From IMG/VR virus record IMGVR_UViG_2529292882_000016: 45,980 nucleotides of DNA; one strand, 5' to 3'. The notes under the pieces were generated by a model, which ran no database searches, had not been told where the DNA came from, and saw only the letters and a program-made list of their open reading frames with translations. The position numbers and the translations under genes are program-made. This document shows positions 19,762 through 28,130 of the stretch, in pieces; the first letter of the stretch is position 1, and every line of letters starts with the position of its first letter. This DNA comes from a virus. Its lineage: Duplodnaviria; Heunggongvirae; Uroviricota; Caudoviricetes.

Positions 19762-20950
19762 CGCCAGCAGAGGGACTGGTGGTCATGTTCATCGGTGTCA
19801 GATACACATCACCGCCCGGTCGGGGATTCATATCTTCCAGATCACGGCAGTCATTAGGGGAATAAATCCCCCAGTTGATCCCCGTGGCATACGCTTCAAA
19901 GCGGGATTTCATGTCGCCACGCAACAATGCTCCGGCATTAAATTTGGCGTAAAATTTTCCCTGCTTGCTCTCTCTGACCAGCCCTGTATTGATCCGCTGC
20001 TCAATACGGGTCAGATACGGCACAAGGGAATAGTTAATGAAACCAAGCCCCAGCTCTTCAATATTGTTGAAGGTGGCGCGATCGGTGTTCTGCACCATAT
20101 GCAGCGGCACGCGGAACAGGCGACAGATTTCTTCCAGCTGAAACTTGCGGGTTTCCAGGAACTGGCTGTCCTCGGCATTCAGTGCCACCGTTTTCCAGTC
20201 CAGCCCCATTTCCAGAATCATCGGACGATGAGAGTTTCCCAGCCCGACATGCCGTTCCTCAAAATCCTTTTTGATACGCGCATAAGCCTGGTCAGAAAGT
20301 TGTTGATCCGTACGCAACACACCGGATGTTACCGCGCCATTGCCAAACAATCTGGCACCATGCTCCTCGGTTGCCGCTGCCAGTGAAATGGCCTCGCGCG
20401 CATATGCAATGGGATTCAGACCGACAAGTCCATCCAGCGTCAGGGTACGCACATGCCAGATTTCATTCTGGGTCAGCACATCCACGGAACCATCCGGAAA
20501 CGTCACCTGATAAACCGGCTGCCACTGGCTGTTCAGCTTCGGTTCCACACAGCCCGGATCTATCGGAAGAAGCTCCACCACTTCCCCCAGTGCCTTTACC
20601 TTGTAGGCGTAAAAATTACCCCGCAGACACAGGCAGACGATAACCAGTTCCCAGAATTCCTGCGGCGTCATGTAGCCATTGGGTTTTGCCGAAATCAGCT
20701 TATGCAGCCGTTCATCCACCGCCCGTGTTTTAAGGGTGCCGCTGATTTTGTAGAGACTGCAGGGCAGCATACCAACAGACTCAGCCAGCACCCTGACGCA
20801 GGAATAGACCGCCGTCAGTCGCATGGCCCGCTGGCTGCTGATCCGCTTTCCGGTATAGGTGTCGTATGACAACCCCAGCTCTTCCGCAAGCATCCCGGGC
20901 GTTGTGACGGGGGTGTTATTTTTGCGTTGAAAAAGCCCCTGGAAAAACAT
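19709..20950 (-). CDS. Portal protein (413 aa)
   Basis: Downstream of terminase large subunit; size and composition typical of HK97-family portals. Confidence 0.8.
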   Translation of the reverse strand: MFFQGLFQRKNNTPVTTPGMLAEELGLSYDTYTGKRISSQRAMRLTAVYSCVRVLAESVGMLPCSLYKISGTLKTRAVDERLHKLISAKPNGYMTPQEFWELVIVCLCLRGNFYAYKVKALGEVVELLPIDPGCVEPKLNSQWQPVYQVTFPDGSVDVLTQNEIWHVRTLTLDGLVGLNPIAYAREAISLAAATEEHGARLFGNGAVTSGVLRTDQQLSDQAYARIKKDFEERHVGLGNSHRPMILEMGLDWKTVALNAEDSQFLETRKFQLEEICRLFRVPLHMVQNTDRATFNNIEELGLGFINYSLVPYLTRIEQRINTGLVRESKQGKFYAKFNAGALLRGDMKSRFEAYATGINWGIYSPNDCRDLEDMNPRPGGDVYLTPMNMTTSPSAGDDNGKKKESGDADKTAS

Positions 20951-21132
20951 TACTCACCTCCGGAGGCGACCCGGTGACCGCGATCGAGATAACGCGCAAC
21001 CAGCCACGACCAGCACAGACACAGCGCCCCGGCAACAACAAAACCAGCCGGGGGATAAATCAGCCAGGCGCCATACGCCAGCAAAAGCGCCCCCAGCACG
21101 CCCACCAGTGGCGTGAGAATTATCAGAAACAT
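20950..21132 (-). CDS. Small membrane protein (60 aa), hypothetical
   Basis: Two hydrophobic segments; sits between terminase and portal. Confidence 0.35.
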   Translation of the reverse strand: MFLIILTPLVGVLGALLLAYGAWLIYPPAGFVVAGALCLCWSWLVARYLDRGHRVASGGE

Positions 21133-21143
21133 AATGACCTCGG

Positions 21144-22901
21144 TTAAAGCGAGCGAATACCAACGCTGACCAGATGCTCAGACAGATCCGGCTCCGGTTC
21201 ACCGCCATTGACCAGCATCCGGCTCATTGCTGTAAACATCGCCACAGGGCCGTCGATTTTGGCTTCCAGCGTGGATTTATTCGGGAAGATATTGTTGTTT
21301 TTGTCCGGTTTCACCGTAACGTTAGACATCATCCAGTTCATGACCGGGTGATTGCTGTGGTGGAAACGTCCGGCATAGACCAGTGATTCCGTTTCCTTCA
21401 TGGCCTCTGACAGATTGCGGACCGTCTGCGGAACTTCCACCAGCGGTATACCTTCTTCAGCCAGCGCCAGACTGAACTGCATTGCGCTCCACGGGTCAAA
21501 TCCCAGTTCCCTCAGGTTTTCACCGCCAATCCATTCCAGCAGGTCACTTTTTATCTGAGTATGATCGATAACATCACCATCCGTCAGGATGAGCTTATCC
21601 ATCTCCGCCCACTTCCGGTAAAGTTCTGCCTGCTGCCGTGAGCATCGTTCCAGCCGTCCTTCCGGAAGCCAGAATTTAAAATCGGCATGAACATGCCCGT
21701 TATCCGTTCGCCAGAGTTTTGCCGCCGCACAGATATCAATCTTATGAGCAAGGTCGACGCCGACCCACATGGGATATGTTTTCAGCTCATGCTGTGGAGC
21801 GATGTATTCACACTTCTCCCACTTAATCATATCCATCCAGGCAGACTCGGCAGTGACCCACACATTCATGTGTTTGGTAAAAAAATTCACCCGCGCAGAG
21901 ACCTGTTCTTTCGCTTTTTTCGCCAGACGACGCAGATCATCCCAGCGTTTACAGATGCCCAGGCCGGGATTCGCTTTCTGCCAGACCGTTTCATCAAACG
22001 GATCATCTCCCTCATCGAGTGTGTAAATAATCGCAAAGTAGGAGTCGTCTTTTACCGCGCCCTCCACGTCGCTGTTATAGCCTCGCAATACCTTGATGGC
22101 GTAATCGCGTTGCTCGTAACAAATCCCTTCCTTGTTAAAGCCCGCCGTGGTGATACCAAATAACAGGGACTGCAGACGGGCACCGGTTGCCGTTTCCAGA
22201 ACGTCCCACACGTCGCGGGTTTTATGTGCATGCAGCTCATCAATAATGGCGCAGTGGATGTTCAGACCGTCCAGGTTGTTTGCATCCGAGGAAAGCGGTT
22301 CAAATTTTGATGCGCTCTGCTCCTGGTAAATCGCCAGCTTGTTGAAATCAAACAACCGCCCGAGTGTCGACCGGGCTTTCCTGACCATATTTTTGGCGTC
22401 TTCAAACACAATTCTGGCCTGGTCACGCGTGGTTGCGGCTGAATACACCTCAGCCCCGCCTTCACCATCTGCCCCCGTCATATACAGACCGATACCCGAT
22501 GACAGGGTTGATTTTGCGTTTTTACGGGCGACTTCGTTGTACGCTGTCCGGAACCGGCGCACCATCACCGGGCGTCCGCTGCCATCGCTGCGCATGACAA
22601 CTTCCCCGGTCTCTTCATTCACCAGCGGAATGACAAAACCAAAAATATTAATGAGGATAAAAACATGCCAGTCCATCAGTTCAATGGGCTGACCTGCCAG
22701 CGCCCCTTTTACATGGGGCACAAATTTGTAGAAATTCAGGATGTGCTGCGCACGGGGTTCACTGAAATAAATCCCCCGCTCTTCGCCGTACTTCAGATCA
22801 TCAAGAAAACGCTGGCAGGCCAGACGGACAAATTCGCCAGCGACAATTTCTCCTGCAACAACACGTTCGGCGTAGCGGATCCCGTCAGCCACTTTTGCCA
22901 T
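21144..22901 (-). CDS. Terminase large subunit (585 aa)
   Basis: Size and position after the small subunit and HNH gene; ATPase/nuclease-type composition. Confidence 0.85.
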   Translation of the reverse strand: MAKVADGIRYAERVVAGEIVAGEFVRLACQRFLDDLKYGEERGIYFSEPRAQHILNFYKFVPHVKGALAGQPIELMDWHVFILINIFGFVIPLVNEETGEVVMRSDGSGRPVMVRRFRTAYNEVARKNAKSTLSSGIGLYMTGADGEGGAEVYSAATTRDQARIVFEDAKNMVRKARSTLGRLFDFNKLAIYQEQSASKFEPLSSDANNLDGLNIHCAIIDELHAHKTRDVWDVLETATGARLQSLLFGITTAGFNKEGICYEQRDYAIKVLRGYNSDVEGAVKDDSYFAIIYTLDEGDDPFDETVWQKANPGLGICKRWDDLRRLAKKAKEQVSARVNFFTKHMNVWVTAESAWMDMIKWEKCEYIAPQHELKTYPMWVGVDLAHKIDICAAAKLWRTDNGHVHADFKFWLPEGRLERCSRQQAELYRKWAEMDKLILTDGDVIDHTQIKSDLLEWIGGENLRELGFDPWSAMQFSLALAEEGIPLVEVPQTVRNLSEAMKETESLVYAGRFHHSNHPVMNWMMSNVTVKPDKNNNIFPNKSTLEAKIDGPVAMFTAMSRMLVNGGEPEPDLSEHLVSVGIRSL

Positions 22902-23383
22902 CAGTCTCTCGCTTTTAAAAGCTCTGCCAGCGGATCAACATCATCCGGTCCGGCGATATTTACTTTCGCCCGGCTTGCCGGTGACATACCAAACTCTGCA
23001 AGCATCGCCCGGATCCGCTTCCAGGCATCCGCCTTCATCGCCGCAGCCGGATGTGCCTTGATCATCACATCGCCATTCTGCGTTTCCGTGCGGTAGGTAT
23101 ACCCCTCAACATCGAGTGTTTCGCAGTGATGCCGGTATTCGGTGTAGGCTTCCACCAGTAACTCAAGTGCACGCGCATCAAGCTGAGAAATGATCCCTTC
23201 CGCATTCAGCTCTTCCGCCATTCGCCTGAACCAGTACTTCCCCTGCGCCCCTAAATGCTGCGGAATTTTAGGGAGACCTTTTTCGTCCTTTTTAGCGGTT
23301 TTTTTGGAGTCTTTAACGGGGCGCTTTGAGGGGTTGCCTCGTATCAAATGCAGGCGTGGCGGGGTTTTCGGGGGTCCTGACAT
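22901..23383 (-). CDS. Terminase small subunit (160 aa)
   Basis: Basic N-terminus, immediately upstream of the large subunit with start/stop overlap. Confidence 0.7.
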   Translation of the reverse strand: MSGPPKTPPRLHLIRGNPSKRPVKDSKKTAKKDEKGLPKIPQHLGAQGKYWFRRMAEELNAEGIISQLDARALELLVEAYTEYRHHCETLDVEGYTYRTETQNGDVMIKAHPAAAMKADAWKRIRAMLAEFGMSPASRAKVNIAGPDDVDPLAELLKARD

Positions 23384-23530
23384 AATCGGTTTTACCTATC
23401 AATCGTTTGATCTCATTCCCAAAAAAAAGTTTTCGAACCTGCGGCGATGCGAGGAAGGGTTGGCGGGCGGTCCCTGACAGCCAGGGTTGCAGGGATTTGA
23501 CCCGCCCCTCCCCACAAGTGAGAATAATTA

Positions 23531-23881
23531 TCACCTGATTCGTTCGCGCGCTGTTTTCGCTTTGTGGCAGGGCCAGCACAGACTCTGCAGGTTGCTGTCT
23601 GCGTCTGTTCCGCCATGCGCTTTCGGGATGATGTGGTCGACGGTTTTCGCCTCGCTCACCACACCGACACGCAGACACAACTGACACAGACCTTTATCGC
23701 GCTTCAGAATACGGGCACGAATCACCGTCCATTTTGAGCCATAGCCACGCTGGTGGCGGCTCAGTCCGCGCTGGTGCTGCACCCAGCCTTCACCACGATG
23801 TTTATCGCAGTAGCCAGAGCTGTCTGTCGTGGTGCCTGCGCAGCCTCGCTTACGGCATGCGCGGGGGATTCGTGATGGCAT
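23531..23881 (-). CDS. HNH endonuclease (116 aa)
   Basis: Cys-rich zinc finger plus ...DHIIPKAHGGTDADSNLQSLCWPCH... HNH motif; typical partner of HK97-like terminases. Confidence 0.85.
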   Translation of the reverse strand: MPSRIPRACRKRGCAGTTTDSSGYCDKHRGEGWVQHQRGLSRHQRGYGSKWTVIRARILKRDKGLCQLCLRVGVVSEAKTVDHIIPKAHGGTDADSNLQSLCWPCHKAKTARERIR

Positions 23882-23901
23882 GGAATTTCGTTCTCCAGCG
23901 A

Positions 23902-24216
23902 TTAAAACGTTTCTCTCTCGGGGATAACATGTATTGTATTCAGTCCCGCCGCCACAGCGTACTGATTATGTTCACTGACAAGCTGCATTGTTTCATCAAG
24001 CAATTCACGGCAGCGATTTGCATTCGTTTCTATGCTCAGCACCAGTGAATGACTCCCACACAACCGCCCATCCAATAAAAATGGAGAATCAGCAGAAACA
24101 ATTTCCGATTTTATTTTTTGCAGCGCGCAAAGATTTTCTTCAATACGCTTTCGCAGAACAACGCAGCGTCCAATCGCTTCATAGTTTCGCTCAGACATTT
24201 CGCCTCCTGTTTTCAA
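23902..24216 (-). CDS. Hypothetical protein (104 aa)
   Basis: ORF only; between lysis region and HNH gene. Confidence 0.35.
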   Translation of the reverse strand: MKTGGEMSERNYEAIGRCVVLRKRIEENLCALQKIKSEIVSADSPFLLDGRLCGSHSLVLSIETNANRCRELLDETMQLVSEHNQYAVAAGLNTIHVIPERETF

Positions 24217-24283
24217 TGGAGATATTCAGGCCAACAGCATTATCGCAGCCCCTCACACTGAAGGGCTGCTGTAATGCTGGTGA

Positions 24284-24466
24284 TCAGTTCTGCGTACACC
24301 GTCGAACACCATCAATAAGCTGACAGACCTGAGACGCGGTATCGAAAAGCTGGCGCGCCTTATCCAGGCTAACGCATCCCACCAATAAAAAAGGCACCAG
24401 TATCGCTACCAGCGCCCATTTCGCCGCCGCTCGCGGCATTCTGTGTGTCCAGTGCTTTCGGCTCAT
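24284..24466 (-). CDS. Putative small lipoprotein (~60 aa)
   Basis: Signal peptide with lipobox LLVGC (MPRAAAKWALVAILVPFLLVGC...); start uncertain (ATG at 24466 or 24439). Not proline-rich, so not an obvious Rz1-type o-spanin. Confidence 0.35.
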   Translation of the reverse strand: MSRKHWTHRMPRAAAKWALVAILVPFLLVGCVSLDKARQLFDTASQVCQLIDGVRRCTQN

Positions 24467-24523
24467 AATTTTGCAATTCACTTGATACAATCCCCGCTGA
24501 ACTAAACGCAAAAAGGAGTGTTC

Positions 24524-24793
24524 ATGACTAAAGAGCAACTGGAAGTAATTGTCGCCTTAATCAGCAGCCAGCAAATGGCTCTGACTCACCTCTCACTAAA
24601 AGTCGCAAGCCTCACCGGCTGCGACAAGCAGGAGCTAGCCAATTCATTCCTTCAGGAGGGTGAACGCCTGCTAACCAGACACAATGGCAAGCTCGCCAAT
24701 GTTATTTTCAGCCAGATTGCCAGGGGTATTGAGGCAGGCGAGGAACAATCACAAGAGAACATCAGAGGAGAGATTAACGGACTACTTCATTAA
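24524..24793 (+). CDS. Hypothetical protein (89 aa), opposite orientation to the late operon
   Basis: AGGAG ribosome-binding site upstream of the ATG at 24524; ORF MTKEQLEVIVALISSQQMALTHL... Confidence 0.5.
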   Translation: MTKEQLEVIVALISSQQMALTHLSLKVASLTGCDKQELANSFLQEGERLLTRHNGKLANVIFSQIARGIEAGEEQSQENIRGEINGLLH

Positions 24794-24925
24794 ATATTGC
24801 CATAATCTCTGACTGAATTTGCTCAAAAAATGACAATTCGGTTTTTGTGCCAGCCGCTGCATTTGCCGATGCTGCGGCTTTTTGTTTATTTTTTTTCAAA
24901 ACATTCTCCTGCAGAATAAAAGCTG

Positions 24926-25309
24926 TCATCGTTTCAACTGAAAGTGAGGTCCGTCTTTCAGTGTTTTCCAGTCCCCGCCCCATTCGATGGCAGTTCCCAG
25001 CTCTGCGGCAGCCTGCTTAAATGCCTGTGCGATTTTCTCGTACAGAGGCCAGTCCCATGACACCTGGCTGCCAATGTAGGCCACAACATCCACCGCATCA
25101 CCGGTCAGGTGGCGGCTGTTCATGGTCTGGCTCTTACCTTCTGCAACCAACTGTTTCTGGCGATACTTACTGCGCAGACCTTCCGTAATACCGAAATCAA
25201 CCTCCGTCAGCTCCAGTGCACGGCGAACGACAGCAACCAGCTGTGGTTTGACGCCCTCCAGATTTTTTTCACTGCGACGGCTGAATCTGAATTTACCCGA
25301 CATATTCAC
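24926..25309 (-). CDS. Endolysin, peptidase M15-type (127 aa)
   Basis: SRHLTGDAVDV (H-x6-D) and C-terminal DGPHFQL motifs typical of zinc D-Ala/L-Ala-D-Glu peptidase endolysins; follows holin-like genes. Confidence 0.75.
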   Translation of the reverse strand: MNMSGKFRFSRRSEKNLEGVKPQLVAVVRRALELTEVDFGITEGLRSKYRQKQLVAEGKSQTMNSRHLTGDAVDVVAYIGSQVSWDWPLYEKIAQAFKQAAAELGTAIEWGGDWKTLKDGPHFQLKR

Positions 25310-25581
25310 CTCAACAATGGAAAGATTTTTGTGACGTTCCCGCGTGCGCGTATCACCAGCACGCAGAACAGCAGGTTAAAAAACACTTCCAGCCAGCCCG
25401 TTGCTAACGGGCGACCACACAGATAGCTGAGGGGCGCAAAGGCATACAGCAGCATCAGCAGCCAGGCCAGCCATGACATCAGCGGTTTATGTCTGGAATC
25501 ACGGCGACGATAAAAAAAGAGCGTCAGCACGATAACCGTGCATAACGCTACATTCAGCAATCCGGGAATGTTACTTAACAT
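25306..25581 (-). CDS. Membrane protein, lysis-associated (start probably at the ATG at 25581)
   Basis: Three hydrophobic segments; between holin-like gene and endolysin. Confidence 0.4.
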   Translation of the reverse strand: MLSNIPGLLNVALCTVIVLTLFFYRRRDSRHKPLMSWLAWLLMLLYAFAPLSYLCGRPLATGWLEVFFNLLFCVLVIRARGNVTKIFPLLR

Positions 25582-25963
25582 TGCCGCCTCCTCCACCCCG
25601 CAGACGGGAGAACAGGCCGGACACCAGCGATGCAATATCCTGCTGGTGGATGAACGAGAGAATCTTCACCGACACCACTGACACCAGTACTGCACACAAT
25701 GCGTCGACAGGTGCACCGTCAAACCCTGTATGCTTTACCAGCCAGGATGCCAGAACCTCTGCCCCCAGCACGCCGATAATGAACGACACCAGAAAATGCG
25801 CCGCCACACGCCAGGCTGAAAGCGCCTGCGGAATTGTTGCCACAAATAACGCCCCGGCGAACGCACCAAACACAATCCCGAAATCCGTTCCGGTAAACAG
25901 CCCGAATACCGTCGCCCCGCCGAGCGCCACAGCCGTGCCGGAACCGGATAAGGGTTCAGACAT
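25571..25963 (-). CDS. Holin-like membrane protein (~130 aa; start at ATG 25963 with AGGAG RBS)
   Basis: Gly/Ala-rich transmembrane helices; first gene of the lysis cassette. The longer ORF to 26188 has no ribosome-binding site. Confidence 0.5.
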   Translation of the reverse strand: MSEPLSGSGTAVALGGATVFGLFTGTDFGIVFGAFAGALFVATIPQALSAWRVAAHFLVSFIIGVLGAEVLASWLVKHTGFDGAPVDALCAVLVSVVSVKILSFIHQQDIASLVSGLFSRLRGGGGGNVK

Positions 25964-26023
25964 ACTTTTTTCTCCTGTAAATAAAAAAGGGCCACCAGCG
26001 GCCCGTAAAAAAAACACCCCGTC

Positions 26024-26050
26024 AAAGGCACCCGCAGATGCCTTTTGTGT
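26024..26050 (+). terminator. Hairpin AAAGGCA...TGCCTTT followed by TTTTGTG
   Basis: Seen directly in the holin/cassette intergenic region; function uncertain. Confidence 0.3.
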
Positions 26051-26127
26051 GGTGTTATCTGATGTGATGTGCGCCGGGCGTGGCGCGGATATGAAAAAGG
26101 CCCGCCGCAGCGAGCCCCAGAAACAAC

Positions 26128-26149
26128 AAACCCGCTCGGCGGCGGGTTT
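26128..26149 (-). terminator. Hairpin AAACCCGC-TCGGCG-GCGGGTTT with U-rich tail on the minus strand (tR'-like candidate)
   Basis: 8-bp GC-rich stem; on the minus strand it is followed by TTTGTTGTTTCT; lies upstream of the holin gene in late orientation. Confidence 0.35.
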
Positions 26150-26192
26150 AAGCTGTGTGGCGAAGTAACCACTCTTAACACGATACAATACT

Positions 26193-26221
26193 TTTTGCGT
26201 ACGCGTTAGTGTTTTAGTAAT
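26193..26221 (+). promoter_or_regulatory. Candidate sigma70 promoter for the cassette: -35 TTGCGT, 17-bp spacer, -10 TAATAT
   Basis: Hexamers read directly from the sequence about 40 bp upstream of the first cassette ATG. Confidence 0.3.
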
Positions 26222-26257
26222 ATCCTGAAGTACGTTTATCTATTGATATCTATAGAA

Positions 26258-27349
26258 ATGAAGAAAATCGAAAAACTGTTCACTGAAGTAATACGGAAGT
26301 TGCGCCATAAGAAATTTATGCGCTCGATAGCTAGTAAAAGAAGCACAACAGAAAGAAAACTAAAACGTAATGGAAGTTTAAAAAAAATCTCTCCAGAAAA
26401 AATACTTGCTCCAACCATACTTGATATTTACAAGGCGGAATATCATGAGAATGTGGTTAATTTTATAGAAAAAATAGAAAACAAAGCAAAAACAGGAAAT
26501 AAAAAGATATATATATGCTTCAGAAATACAATTCACATATCGGCTGCTGCTGGCTTATTTCTTCTTGCAAAACTAGAGACATTAAAAAGCAATCATAAGG
26601 GCTTAAAATATATCGTAGCCAAACCTCCAATTAAAACTTCATCAAAAGGAGAGCAGCACGTTGTTGATTCTGTTTTGAACAGAATCGGTATCTATGCAGC
26701 ATTAGGTGTTAAATCAAGAGAAATGAGAGAAACTCCGTCTGTAAAATGTTGGGAGGTAATTCGTGGCGAACTCGTAGATTCGGAAATTGCGGGGAACTTA
26801 TTAGAAACAATCACAGAAAGAATGGGTACCGATTATACAGATTTATATCGCCCCTTGATAGAAGCCATGTCTAATTCAGTAGAGCATGCATATCGAGACG
26901 ATTTATATGACTCAAATAAAAATAATAATAAAAATAAATGGTGGTGCTTTGCTGCAATTATGAACAACAAGTTAATATTACTAATTTGTGACCTCGGTGT
27001 CGGTATACCTAAAACGTTAAAACTCACTCAAGGTGAAAAGGTTCTTGCAAAACTAACCGAGTTCCTTGGTAAGCCATTAGTCCTTGATTCAGAACATATA
27101 AAAGCCTCATTGCAAGTTAAACGAACCCGAACAAAGCTTGGATACAGAGGGAAAGGAGGAACTGATTTACAATCTATCATAGAAAACTTTGAAAATGCAC
27201 AATTACGGATTATATCCAACAAAGGAAATTACAGATATACTCATCGTAAGAAAGCAAGACCAGAGTTAATGTGGGATGCCAAACATTCCATCAACGGTAC
27301 TATAGTTGAATGGAGCGTACCGCTACCAAATGAAGGAGACCCCCAATGA
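26258..27349 (+). CDS. GHKL-superfamily ATPase/kinase, RsbW/SpoIIAB-like C-terminal domain with ~190-aa N-terminal extension (363 aa from ATG 26258)
   Basis: N-box-like EAMSNSVEHAY, G1 box ICDLGVGIP (DxGxG), G2-like GYRGKGGTDL, with appropriate spacing; AT-rich; stop overlaps next gene's ATG (ATGA). Confidence 0.75.
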   Translation: MKKIEKLFTEVIRKLRHKKFMRSIASKRSTTERKLKRNGSLKKISPEKILAPTILDIYKAEYHENVVNFIEKIENKAKTGNKKIYICFRNTIHISAAAGLFLLAKLETLKSNHKGLKYIVAKPPIKTSSKGEQHVVDSVLNRIGIYAALGVKSREMRETPSVKCWEVIRGELVDSEIAGNLLETITERMGTDYTDLYRPLIEAMSNSVEHAYRDDLYDSNKNNNKNKWWCFAAIMNNKLILLICDLGVGIPKTLKLTQGEKVLAKLTEFLGKPLVLDSEHIKASLQVKRTRTKLGYRGKGGTDLQSIIENFENAQLRIISNKGNYRYTHRKKARPELMWDAKHSINGTIVEWSVPLPNEGDPQ

Positions 27350-27663
27350 AAACCTTATTTATCAAGGACTTTTCAAGATTCCCGGGACCTAGATACGAAA
27401 GGTTAGGTGAAAACAGTGGCGAAAAATTCCGCGATTTATTTTTGATACCAGCACTTAGCAAAGATCCAGACTTAGTCATTGACTTTGATGGTGTTTTTGG
27501 CTATGGCTCATCTTTCCTTGAGGAGGCCTTTGGAGGTTTGGTGCGTAAAGGGATAGAGCGCGAAAAATTGGAGAAGCTTAAGAAGAATCTCAAAAGTAAA
27601 GATCAATACATTATTGAGGAAGTAATTTCATATATAGATGATGCTCTGAGAGAACTAAAATAA
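27346..27663 (+). CDS. STAS-like protein, anti-sigma-factor-antagonist-like / DUF4325-like (105 aa)
   Basis: VIDFDGVFGYGSSFLEEAFGG resembles the SpoIIAA/RsbV loop (DLSGVSFMDSSGLG) including the Ser-Ser; translationally coupled on both sides. Confidence 0.7.
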   Translation: MKTLFIKDFSRFPGPRYERLGENSGEKFRDLFLIPALSKDPDLVIDFDGVFGYGSSFLEEAFGGLVRKGIEREKLEKLKKNLKSKDQYIIEEVISYIDDALRELK

Positions 27664-28124
27664 TGGACACTGACGTTACTCAGAATTTATGGACAATGCC
27701 TGCAACGATTATAGCGATTGCTGGCATTTTTTTAACAATATTAGGCTGGATAGTCACAGCAATATTTACTCGCATTAACAACGCGAAAAATTTAAAAAAA
27801 CTAGAAATAAATAGGCTTATTGATGAGTTATTTTATAAATTAGATTTCATTTATAGCGAAATGCTTGAATTGCTGCGAGACGATAAAAAAGACAAACAAG
27901 TCCTATATTACATTTTTACATCATCAGTAAGGCATGTTGAGTTTATTTGCGAGCGAATTGAGTTATTAGACAACAAGAAAAACAAAGACAATGGATTAAT
28001 ATCTGAATTAAGGCAAGCATGCACTAACGATGCGAAATATGAAAAAGAAAAAATAGGAACAACATTACATGAAATTCAAAGCGCTAATGAAAAACTCAAA
28101 AACAAATATCTAAAATCCTTTTAA
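27663..28124 (+). CDS. Small membrane protein with N-terminal transmembrane segment and helical cytoplasmic region (153 aa)
   Basis: Hydrophobic stretch MPATIIAIAGIFLTILGWIVTAIF then Lys/Glu-rich helices; start overlaps previous stop (TAATG). Confidence 0.65.
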   Translation: MDTDVTQNLWTMPATIIAIAGIFLTILGWIVTAIFTRINNAKNLKKLEINRLIDELFYKLDFIYSEMLELLRDDKKDKQVLYYIFTSSVRHVEFICERIELLDNKKNKDNGLISELRQACTNDAKYEKEKIGTTLHEIQSANEKLKNKYLKSF

Positions 28125-28130
28125 ATAAAA

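Noticed and set aside
25581-26188. Overlapping ORFs (25581..26168 plus, 25735..26181 minus, and the long 205-aa form of 25571..26188) around the holin gene
   Set aside because: The holin-like gene has a clear AGGAG RBS at the internal ATG 25963; the upstream extension and the overlapping frames have no translation signals and low-complexity or Arg-rich translations.
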